DNA from: a virus
DNA: 64,000 nt
Virus record (IMG/VR): IMGVR_UViG_3300032304_000900
Coordinates: 1-64,000 of that record
Direction: 5' to 3' (one strand)
Shown here: in pieces, positions 46,737-55,517 of the stretch
Position numbering within the stretch: the first letter of the stretch is position 1
Layout of the letters: each line of letters starts with the position of its first letter
Made by a program: the position numbers and the translations under genes
The notes under the pieces: generated by a model
What the model saw: only the letters and a program-made list of their open reading frames with translations
Told to the model about the DNA's origin: nothing
The model's database searches: none

Positions 46737-49700
46737 TTATGTAGTCATTTCTGTTATAATTGCAGTGCTTGTATTATTTATTGAACTTCCAACAACCTCT
46801 GTGTTTCCTAGTTTTTCATTTCCATTGTTTACCACAAAATAGTCGACTTCGCCGAACACAGCCATTCCAGCTGGATGAACTAATCTATTAAAGTATGGTT
46901 TCCAATTCTCAAATGTATTAGAACCTCTTACGACATAAGAATAATCTTGATAATAATAAGAATCTTGTAATTTCATTGTCGTGTTTATTAACTGTTTATC
47001 GCCTTCATAGTTAACTGTAGATCCATTTGCTGTTGATGTAGTTATAGATCCAGGAGAGGCTGTAGCCTCTGCGATATAAAGACCAATTTCAATAGTACCA
47101 CCACTTACATATGCTGCGCCAGAGGTAGTAACAAAAGTTGTAAGTCCAGAGTTTGTAAATAATCTAAATGTTGTATCTGTTATTGGTGACGCATAATATA
47201 AACCATTGGCAACTCCTTGTGCAGCTAAACCAGAAATTTTAACTTTGTCGCCTCTGGAAATATAATGTTTTGTGCTGGTTGTAAATACAGGAGTTGATGA
47301 TATTGTAACTGAAGTAATAGAATATGTTCTTCCAACTACAACTGTAGCACCAGATGTAACACCTATCAATGTATTGCCAAAAGCAACGATCGTTGCGCCA
47401 CCATTTGGTTTTATTTTATAGTATCTTCCAATTTTAGAAACAAATGTTCCAATCTCTGTTGAACCAATTTTAACTGTTTCTCCATCAATAAATGTTCCTG
47501 TTGCATTTGTTCCTAAAAATGTTGCAGGCAATAATAATGTTCTACTTACAGAATGTAAACCACCATTTAATATTTCTAATGTTCTTAATCTTCCAATGTC
47601 TTTAATAATTGGATAAACTACTGCACCAGAACCATTTCTTGGTCCAACATTAATAGACATTTCTGGAAGTCTTTTATAGGATCCTGGAGATGTTAACACT
47701 ATTTGATCAATTACACCTGTTTCTGTTTGTAAAGAATCAGAGAACATAATCGTAAATTCTTCATATCCAGTTCCAGTTGTTGATGGATTCGCAGCCATTC
47801 CTGCATTTGGTTTTGTCGAAAGAGGAATTACTTCAGCAATCTCAGAAGCAGTTGTAATATTTGTTCTATAGAAATAATGTGTTCCAGTTCCTGCTCCAGT
47901 AATATCGATTGCAATTGAACTTAATGCGTTTTCCAAACTTGTTGCAAGTTTAAATGTTGTTGAATTGACACGAATTACATAAACAGTAGATGGTATATTT
48001 CCAACAGATCTTTGAATTGATGTTCCAGTAGTAGAATATGTTAACTCTTCGCCAGTATAAAACCCATGATTAGATGCAGTAATTATATCAGTAGATACAT
48101 TTACTCCTGCTGCATTCGTAGAGACAGTTCCAAAATTTATTGTTGAACCATTAGAGTTTGATGTCAATGTGAAATGTTCTTGTGTTCCTGTACTTATTGA
48201 ATCTTTTACATACATTGTTTGACCAGAAACAATTCCTGGACTTAAAACTCTTTGTTGCCTAAACTCAACTTCATCACCATTTTTAAAATAATTTTTATAA
48301 TTTGGCGTATAGAAAAACTGCTCTTTGTTTGATGAATCGGCGAGCATGTTGCCGTTCGATCCATCAATTTCGATTGTGTGTACACCAGAACCAGAAGAAG
48401 TTATTTGAACATAAATTCCAGCAAGAGCATCATTTTTGTTTGCTGCTATTCTTAACTGATTCTCTGTTACAAAAATAGCATAATAAACTATTCCAGCAAG
48501 CAATCCACCAATAGGATTTCCTGTTGTATTGTATGTCATTGTATTAAGAGTTCTTAACGTATGTTCTGATGCTGTTGTTAAGATACCAGAAACTGTATTT
48601 ATTCCTGTTATTTGAACATTATCAATATATTTTCTAGTGTCAAACGAATTTTCTTTTACCGAGTTGTAGGTAAATGACTGTGGAATAGTTTGTAGTGAGC
48701 ATGTTTTTCCAGAAGTTCCAAACGCAGTAATATTTACAAAAGTAGATGAGTTGTAATTATCTTTTGATGTTGCTAATCTAATTGTGTTTGCGTTTACTAC
48801 TTTAACATAATACGTAGTATCATCATTCAATCCTGTTGGTTTTGTGCCATTAAAATCTGATCTAAATCTTACCCAAGACCCATCAGCAAAACCATGATTT
48901 GCTATACTAATACTTCCAGGTGTTCCTGTTGTTACATCTGATGATGGATCAAAATATCTAGAAATAGAGATATTATCATCTGTGATCATGCCCATAAAAG
49001 ATGCATTTACTGGATTGTTTATTGCAGAATTAACAGTTGTCCCAGAAACAATAGGATTATAAAATAATTCATTACCATCATTATTAGAGCCAAAATCATT
49101 TCCTAGTGAAAATGGAACAAGAGAATTTGTGTCAGCAACAGCATCAGCTTGAGTTGAATACAATTTAACATATTTACCATAATCATTTTCGCCCTTTCTA
49201 ATGTATAAATCTCTAACAAAAGGCGAAACATATGCATTATCAACAACTGATAGTGTGGGATTGATTGTTAACATTCCACTATCAGAGATTTTTTCAACTA
49301 TTGTATCTGATTTATGTAATGCTCTAATCGAAACAGTGTAATCTCTTATTGTTGTATCTGGAACAACAATTGAGTTTGGCGACCAACAATTATAGAATTG
49401 ATAAACTGTTCTTTGAACATCACTTGAAACTTTTGTATACTCTGCCTTATTAGCATAAAACACAACATGTTTCTTTGGATCTGCTGATGGCAAAGATGGA
49501 GAATAAAATTCTATCATTACTGTTGATTCTAGTATAGATAAATTGCCTTCGGCTAGTGAGTTAAATCCAAAATCATTTATTTCGTATGCTAAATACTCAC
49601 CATCTTCAGCAAGATAAACCGACTCACCAGAGAATATAGAATCCTGCATTGTGATATATTCTCTAGTATCACGTTTAGATACTGATGTAGTATGTGATAA

Positions 49701-52700
49701 ACTGTCAATAATGTTTCTTAAATTGACCTCAAATGGAATATCAAAATAAACATTTAATTCTTCTGGCAAAGAAAATCCAATTGTAAAATATCTTTTTGCG
49801 TTACTCTTATATGCACCAAAACTAGAAGAAGTAATTCCCAATGGACCATTTTCTGCAGTAGGTATTAGAGATGTATTATCATAATATTCTTGTTCAATAA
49901 TACTAATTCTTCTTTGTTCATCAAATTCTGCTGCAAATTTAAAAGATCCAGCACCAGTACCATCTGTAAAATAAACTGAATTGTTCTTTGAAGATGCAAC
50001 CATAACAGTTGAACTTATATTGGAAAATTCTGATGGACCTGAAACATAATCTGATGTGTTCGTTGGATATGCTACTGTTAAATATGGAGTTTCACTGTAT
50101 TCATCATTATAGGTTGGTTGAGCGACTTCAAACAATTCTTGAGCTGGACTTATTTCTGCGTAATCATCCCAAGATTTAAATAATCTTCGTTCACCACGAT
50201 TAATATCATCTACAGATTGCAAAGATTTTCTTTCAATCATAACACGAACAGAACTGAAATCTGGAATTTCAATTTCATTATTGTGTTGAATAACTCTTGT
50301 AGAAGAAGTTTCTGATGCAAGATATGGATAAGCAACATATCCTTCTGATTCGTTTTCGCTGCGTTTGTCTATTTCAAATTCAATATTTACTTGATCGCTT
50401 GTATTAAAATCAGCACGTTCCATAATAATATAATCTACACTTTCATTAATTGATTGAAATAGATATACTTTGTTATCAACAGTATATGGGTATGTTGTTT
50501 TTAAATTTGTATCAGAATCTGTTGGAATGTTTGGGTCTAAATTATATTTTAAATCCAAATCACGTGAACCACATGAACGCTTTCTTGCATAAATAGAAAT
50601 TGCTGATTCCTCAACACTACTGGATGTATAATCAACACCATTAGTTACATGGTTGCCAACAAAAGAACACAATGTGTTTGTTCCAGAGGAACCTGCTGCG
50701 GTAATTGTTCTAAACAATTGATAGTGTAAATTTTCTCTTCCATAAGGAATCAGTTTAATGTTATTACTATCAACCACATATGCGTAAAATAATTCTCCAT
50801 CAGTTGCGCCACCCATAACACTAGAACCCTCAGTAGTGTTAAAACGAACGATCTCACCTTGCTTAAATGGATGATTTGGTAAAAGAATTTGGTTTGAGGA
50901 AACAGCTGCAAAAGGATCAAATCCTGTTACATTAATTGTTTGTTCCCAGTTTTCTAAAATAAAAATATCATTAGAATTTGTTTCAGAAATATAATCGCTA
51001 CCGTCTTCGTCTAAAATTAATGTTGCTCTTATGTCATACTGTACTGGCATTACAAAAATTTTACAATTTACTTTAGCATTTTTTTTAAAAATAAACTTAT
51101 ATTCCCATGGTCTTGTAGTATTTAAGTCATGACCATAAAGTGTATTTCTTTCTCTAATGTAAACAATTGGTCTTTCAACACTATGATCTGCTTCGGAAAA
51201 TGGATATAATGACGAAAGTGTCTCTTGACCAAATTTATAAACACCTATTTGTTTTGTTTCAGATATTTCGCCAATTTTTTGATCTAATATTTTTGTTTCA
51301 GTATATTTTCCCATAAGGGTAGAAACAATTGGAGCATTTACTGTAGATCTGTTGGTTGCTTCAATTCTTTCTAATGCATTATAATCTGTTTGTGTATCAA
51401 ACTCAATAATTACAGTTCCTGGGCATGATGGTGTTCCTGTTGTGCATTGTGATGTTCCAATCCACAATTCTTCATCAACAAGTTCAATCGCAATTCCTTC
51501 ATTTCTTGCCCAATTAATTGAATAGTTTGATGTAGCTCCAATTCTAGGAATAATTGCTCTAAACAATCCTTGATTGTATGTGTACGATGATCTTGTATAA
51601 GTCACAATCTCATCGCCTTGCTGCTCTAATAAAAATCCAAATTCTGCTGAAGATATTGAACCTGTGTTAATATTTGTAGATGTCTCATCAGAAATTTTTA
51701 AGTTAGATGTAGAAATTTCAGAACCAAAATTTCCCATTTCTTGACGCAGTTCAAAATCATTTTCAAAAAGGATTTTGTCCTCTGCGTCGATCCAGTTTAC
51801 ACCACCAATTTCAGAAACAAGATCTTTGTTAATTGTTCTTGCAATTTTTGCTGTAGCAGCACGATCTCCTTCGTTCAATGTTCCAAAAGAAACTGTATCA
51901 AAAATAGAATAATTATCTCCAGCATTCTCTAGAACAATATCTTGAACGAAACCAGCAGTAATTCCTTCAACTTTAATATCTTCGGTGTTTGATACTGATG
52001 TAGCTAAAATTGCATCATCGCCTGGAATATAACCAAGACCAGAATAAGATACTGTTGTTTCCGCTAATTGAGTTCTTAAGTTAAATGTAACAGAAGTGCC
52101 ATCAGAATTTACTGCATAAACTATTGATATAGATGAAAAATTTAAAATAACATTATCTGCGGTTAAATACAATACATCATCAGTTGGATCATAATCAACT
52201 ACTCTTGCTCTTACAGTTACATTACCATTTACTGCATCAACTTGATAAATTTCAGAATTTACAAGTTTATCAATAGTTCCAGAAGAAAGATTGTATATTT
52301 TTATTTTAAATACTTTTGTCCAAACACCAGCATTTAATTTCAAAACATCTACTTTTGGTAAATATACCTCAACTTCTTCACCATATAAAATTCTAAAAAA
52401 ACATTTAACAGAGTCAATAGAACCTTTTGAATTATAAAACTCAACGATGTTTTTAAGAATAAATTTCTTATCTGCTTTTAATACTTGAGGGAAGTCTGGA
52501 AGAAACAATGTGTAAAAAGTGGTAACAATATCATCATCGTTTTGTTCATCGATATCATTGTATGTTTCTAAGTTTCTTATTACACCAAGTGCTTTTTCCG
52601 ATTGCTCAAGATATTGATAATACTTTTGCAAAAATGTAATGAATTTAGCATAATCTGAGCGAATAAACTCAGGTGCTTGATAATCAACAACTGTTGACGG

Positions 52701-52721
52701 ATTTGCTTTAGCGATAGTCAT
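46737..52721 (-). CDS. gp7: baseplate wedge initiator (gp7-like), 1994 aa
   Basis: Q.PEFIR.DY.KF..FL..YY, IVEFYNSKGS..S...FFRILYGE, C-terminal LQDSYYYQDYSYVV and LVHPAGM.VFG. Confidence 0.8.
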   Translation of the reverse strand: MTIAKANPSTVVDYQAPEFIRSDYAKFITFLQKYYQYLEQSEKALGVIRNLETYNDIDEQNDDDIVTTFYTLFLPDFPQVLKADKKFILKNIVEFYNSKGSIDSVKCFFRILYGEEVEVYLPKVDVLKLNAGVWTKVFKIKIYNLSSGTIDKLVNSEIYQVDAVNGNVTVRARVVDYDPTDDVLYLTADNVILNFSSISIVYAVNSDGTSVTFNLRTQLAETTVSYSGLGYIPGDDAILATSVSNTEDIKVEGITAGFVQDIVLENAGDNYSIFDTVSFGTLNEGDRAATAKIARTINKDLVSEIGGVNWIDAEDKILFENDFELRQEMGNFGSEISTSNLKISDETSTNINTGSISSAEFGFLLEQQGDEIVTYTRSSYTYNQGLFRAIIPRIGATSNYSINWARNEGIAIELVDEELWIGTSQCTTGTPSCPGTVIIEFDTQTDYNALERIEATNRSTVNAPIVSTLMGKYTETKILDQKIGEISETKQIGVYKFGQETLSSLYPFSEADHSVERPIVYIRERNTLYGHDLNTTRPWEYKFIFKKNAKVNCKIFVMPVQYDIRATLILDEDGSDYISETNSNDIFILENWEQTINVTGFDPFAAVSSNQILLPNHPFKQGEIVRFNTTEGSSVMGGATDGELFYAYVVDSNNIKLIPYGRENLHYQLFRTITAAGSSGTNTLCSFVGNHVTNGVDYTSSSVEESAISIYARKRSCGSRDLDLKYNLDPNIPTDSDTNLKTTYPYTVDNKVYLFQSINESVDYIIMERADFNTSDQVNIEFEIDKRSENESEGYVAYPYLASETSSTRVIQHNNEIEIPDFSSVRVMIERKSLQSVDDINRGERRLFKSWDDYAEISPAQELFEVAQPTYNDEYSETPYLTVAYPTNTSDYVSGPSEFSNISSTVMVASSKNNSVYFTDGTGAGSFKFAAEFDEQRRISIIEQEYYDNTSLIPTAENGPLGITSSSFGAYKSNAKRYFTIGFSLPEELNVYFDIPFEVNLRNIIDSLSHTTSVSKRDTREYITMQDSIFSGESVYLAEDGEYLAYEINDFGFNSLAEGNLSILESTVMIEFYSPSLPSADPKKHVVFYANKAEYTKVSSDVQRTVYQFYNCWSPNSIVVPDTTIRDYTVSIRALHKSDTIVEKISDSGMLTINPTLSVVDNAYVSPFVRDLYIRKGENDYGKYVKLYSTQADAVADTNSLVPFSLGNDFGSNNDGNELFYNPIVSGTTVNSAINNPVNASFMGMITDDNISISRYFDPSSDVTTGTPGSISIANHGFADGSWVRFRSDFNGTKPTGLNDDTTYYVKVVNANTIRLATSKDNYNSSTFVNITAFGTSGKTCSLQTIPQSFTYNSVKENSFDTRKYIDNVQITGINTVSGILTTASEHTLRTLNTMTYNTTGNPIGGLLAGIVYYAIFVTENQLRIAANKNDALAGIYVQITSSGSGVHTIEIDGSNGNMLADSSNKEQFFYTPNYKNYFKNGDEVEFRQQRVLSPGIVSGQTMYVKDSISTGTQEHFTLTSNSNGSTINFGTVSTNAAGVNVSTDIITASNHGFYTGEELTYSTTGTSIQRSVGNIPSTVYVIRVNSTTFKLATSLENALSSIAIDITGAGTGTHYFYRTNITTASEIAEVIPLSTKPNAGMAANPSTTGTGYEEFTIMFSDSLQTETGVIDQIVLTSPGSYKRLPEMSINVGPRNGSGAVVYPIIKDIGRLRTLEILNGGLHSVSRTLLLPATFLGTNATGTFIDGETVKIGSTEIGTFVSKIGRYYKIKPNGGATIVAFGNTLIGVTSGATVVVGRTYSITSVTISSTPVFTTSTKHYISRGDKVKISGLAAQGVANGLYYASPITDTTFRLFTNSGLTTFVTTSGAAYVSGGTIEIGLYIAEATASPGSITTSTANGSTVNYEGDKQLINTTMKLQDSYYYQDYSYVVRGSNTFENWKPYFNRLVHPAGMAVFGEVDYFVVNNGNEKLGNTEVVGSSINNTSTAIITEMTT

Positions 52722-54488
52722 TTATCGTACCAATGGTTTTCTTGTGTCAGCGTTACCTTCGACAGTAATGTCAGAATCTAAAATAGTTAAAATTTGATTT
52801 CTTAGTGCATTAATGTCTTGTAGTTTTGGTTTTGCGAAAATTTTGCAATTATCTGTTAATAAAGAAATAGCAACTGTTGGAATTCTTATAATTCCTTTCT
52901 CATAATCAATTGTTCCAAATGTTAATGAATCAAAAATTTTTTGATTATTATTGTAGTGAAATCTTCTAATATTTCCAACACCATCATCTTCCATGTAATA
53001 TAATTCTGAATCATTATACAATCTAAATGCTGTGCTCGATATAGAGTTTACTGGATTAACAAAACTAACAGTATAGTTTACTGGATTCTCAGTATTAATT
53101 TTTAATATTTTGTAAATTTCTACATCTGTATTGCTATTTAATATTGCCTTGTTAGTATAATCAACAGACCTACTAAATTTACTTTTTCTAAAAATTGTAT
53201 CAAAATTATCAAGATATGCATCTCTAAATTGTTTAATGGCTGAGATTACATTCGCTTGAATAGTAGATGGTTGTTGTGTTGTTTTCGATGGATCAAAATA
53301 AAATTTTGTGTTGATTGTTAAATACAAAATTTCTGGATCAACAAACTCTGGTGTAATACCAACAACATTTTTCTTTTGTAAAACTCTTCCTAATTCTGTC
53401 TTCAACTCATTAGACAATGTTGTACCATTGGTAGGTTTAGCACTAATAAAAACTTTTCCATAAATTGGTGGTTCGTTTTCATCGCCACCCCAAGCAGATA
53501 TAGCATCGATATCAGAGTATTCCGCCAAAATAATATTTTTATAATCTTCCGCAGTAACAGCACGATTTTGTGTTGTAAAAAATCTAGAAGCATTGTAGCG
53601 AATAGATTCTACAGATTCTGATTCTTTACCACCAGCAGCTTTCTGTACTAATGTTATTGTAGCTGACGAAATTGTAAATCCAGCAGAACTACCTAATGTA
53701 AATGATGTCGCACCATTTGATTTAATACCATTAGATATTAGATATGTTACATTTACGATATTTCCATTCGCTAATGCTTTTCCAATTGTGTCATCACCAA
53801 AAACTATTTGATAAACACCATCACGTGTTTCCTCAAGAAAATAAACAGTATCAGTAGAAGAAACAGCAACAATATCTTCAGCTAAAGTATACGTTGTTCT
53901 TGTAGCATCTGACACACTATTTTGTATCTCGACTGTTAATGTTGATGTGTCAATATTAGAGTTTGGTAAAATAAAAATTTTTTGATTATTAGCAACAGTA
54001 TATCTGTATGATAATGGTGTTCCTTCAACAATTTCTACATTAGAAAATGTAAAATTATTTGTTGATGTTGGAGAAACAATAATATTACTGCGATTATAAA
54101 ATGTATAATCAAATCCATCGATAGTTGTTACGAATGGTGTATTAATTGGTAACAAAAGAGATTGTGGTGCGCCAGCTGTTACTACAGAAAGATTGATTTT
54201 TGCTTTTGGTGAGCGGATAGATCTTGGTGTATAACCAAAATGTTTTGCTAAAGAAACTACTGATGATCTTTTTACAGCAGTATCTAAAAAAACTTCGTTA
54301 GCTACAAAATTAGCATATATCGCATTGTAATGTGTGTTATATGCCAATAAATCTAAAAGATTTGATAGCGCAGATCCTTCAAAATCATAATCTGTAAACT
54401 CAGTTTGTGATTGTAAATAATCTTTTAGATTACTTTTTATTGTATCGAAATCTAATTCTGTTACTCTTAGTTTTGTTGAGTCAGCCAT
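52722..54488 (-). CDS. gp6: baseplate wedge protein (T4 gp6)
   Basis: ELDFDTIK..LK.YL..Q.EFTDYDFEGS.LS.LLD.LAYNTHYN, FGD..IGK, QNRAVTAEDY, WGG....PP.YGKVFIS.KP. Confidence 0.95.
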   Translation of the reverse strand: MADSTKLRVTELDFDTIKSNLKDYLQSQTEFTDYDFEGSALSNLLDLLAYNTHYNAIYANFVANEVFLDTAVKRSSVVSLAKHFGYTPRSIRSPKAKINLSVVTAGAPQSLLLPINTPFVTTIDGFDYTFYNRSNIIVSPTSTNNFTFSNVEIVEGTPLSYRYTVANNQKIFILPNSNIDTSTLTVEIQNSVSDATRTTYTLAEDIVAVSSTDTVYFLEETRDGVYQIVFGDDTIGKALANGNIVNVTYLISNGIKSNGATSFTLGSSAGFTISSATITLVQKAAGGKESESVESIRYNASRFFTTQNRAVTAEDYKNIILAEYSDIDAISAWGGDENEPPIYGKVFISAKPTNGTTLSNELKTELGRVLQKKNVVGITPEFVDPEILYLTINTKFYFDPSKTTQQPSTIQANVISAIKQFRDAYLDNFDTIFRKSKFSRSVDYTNKAILNSNTDVEIYKILKINTENPVNYTVSFVNPVNSISSTAFRLYNDSELYYMEDDGVGNIRRFHYNNNQKIFDSLTFGTIDYEKGIIRIPTVAISLLTDNCKIFAKPKLQDINALRNQILTILDSDITVEGNADTRKPLVR

Positions 54489-54489
54489 T

Positions 54490-54891
54490 TTATCTTGTTC
54501 TCTCTAATGTTAAGTCGAGTTGTTCTAAAGTTTGCAAACCAACAACTGAATATGTTATAGAAATATTGCACTCATTTGTTTCATCTTTTACAAAGACTTG
54601 AACATCTTCAAGACGAACTCTTGGTTCAAAGTTAGAAATTACATCAATAATTCCACGTCTAATTGCGTTGGTTGTTAATGGGGTTGCTAGTTCAAATAAT
54701 AATGCTCTAACAGGAGAACCAATTTCGCTGTGAAATGGTCTCTCAAAATACTGTGTTTGAATTAAATTCTTAAGAGATTGTTTGACTGCATCTTGATTGC
54801 GTTTTATTGCCAAATCTTTGGTGTTTGGATGTGATGCAAATGCGAGATCGAAATCTCTAAATATTTGAGTTGTTCTGTTAATTGTAGCCAT
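54490..54891 (-). CDS. gp25: baseplate wedge / sheath initiator (T4 gp25)
   Basis: DFDL.F..HP.T.DL...AVKQSLKNL..T...ERPF..EIGS.V..LLFE, NFEPRV. Confidence 0.95.
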   Translation of the reverse strand: MATINRTTQIFRDFDLAFASHPNTKDLAIKRNQDAVKQSLKNLIQTQYFERPFHSEIGSPVRALLFELATPLTTNAIRRGIIDVISNFEPRVRLEDVQVFVKDETNECNISITYSVVGLQTLEQLDLTLERTR

Positions 54892-54897
54892 ATTTGT

Positions 54898-54905
54898 TAT
54901 TTATT
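54898..54905 (-). promoter_or_regulatory. late promoter AATAAATA (gp25)
   Basis: 6 nt upstream of the gp25 ATG. Confidence 0.6.
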
Positions 54906-54908
54906 CGT

Positions 54909-55238
54909 TTATCCACCACCACCACCTGAGTCACCACCAGAACTTGATGCTGATGCCTCTGCTGCTGCAGCAACAGCTTCTGCTTCTTCCTGAATAATTA
55001 CTGCTTCAATTTTAACTTCCTGAACAATTTCAAAAAAGTCTTCAACAACTTTGGGAGGAATACCAGTTGCATTTACCAACTGAGAAACTCTTTGTTTAGC
55101 CAAATTTTCTAAGTTTGGAATCTTAGCCAACTCGGATGGTGCATTTTTATAGTCTGTAAATACTAAGTCAAACAATTCCCTTGCGGTATATGTTTTAACA
55201 AAGTCTTTCTTTTGATCATCAAGTTCTTTAATTGACAT
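54909..55238 (-). CDS. hypothetical protein with Ala/Ser/Gly tail (109 aa)
   Basis: Fills the gap between the PAAR gene and gp25. Confidence 0.65.
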   Translation of the reverse strand: MSIKELDDQKKDFVKTYTARELFDLVFTDYKNAPSELAKIPNLENLAKQRVSQLVNATGIPPKVVEDFFEIVQEVKIEAVIIQEEAEAVAAAAEASASSSGGDSGGGGG

Positions 55239-55244
55239 TGCAGT

Positions 55245-55514
55245 TTATCCAACACTGACATTTGCTGATCCACCTGCTACTGGGTGGCCACAACTTGTTG
55301 CAGCACCCGCAAAAGAGAGACGAATATTTCCAACAAAAACATTAGGATGTCCTTGGGTTATTACTGGTGCGTTGTGTGGTGCTCGACCATGTGACGCAGC
55401 TCTTGTTCCAATGACTCCTGGTATTCTATCATTTACAAACACATCTGCGCTAATGTTCCCAAGTAGAACACCTCCACCAACTGTTGAAACTCCTTGTAAT
55501 GCTACGCTTGCCAT
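55245..55514 (-). CDS. PAAR-like spike tip protein (T4 gp5.4 analogue)
   Basis: VFVN..., HGRAPH, GHPNVFVG, SCGH...GSANV: His/Cys metal ligands; follows gp5. Confidence 0.85.
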   Translation of the reverse strand: MASVALQGVSTVGGGVLLGNISADVFVNDRIPGVIGTRAASHGRAPHNAPVITQGHPNVFVGNIRLSFAGAATSCGHPVAGGSANVSVG

Positions 55515-55517
55515 ATA

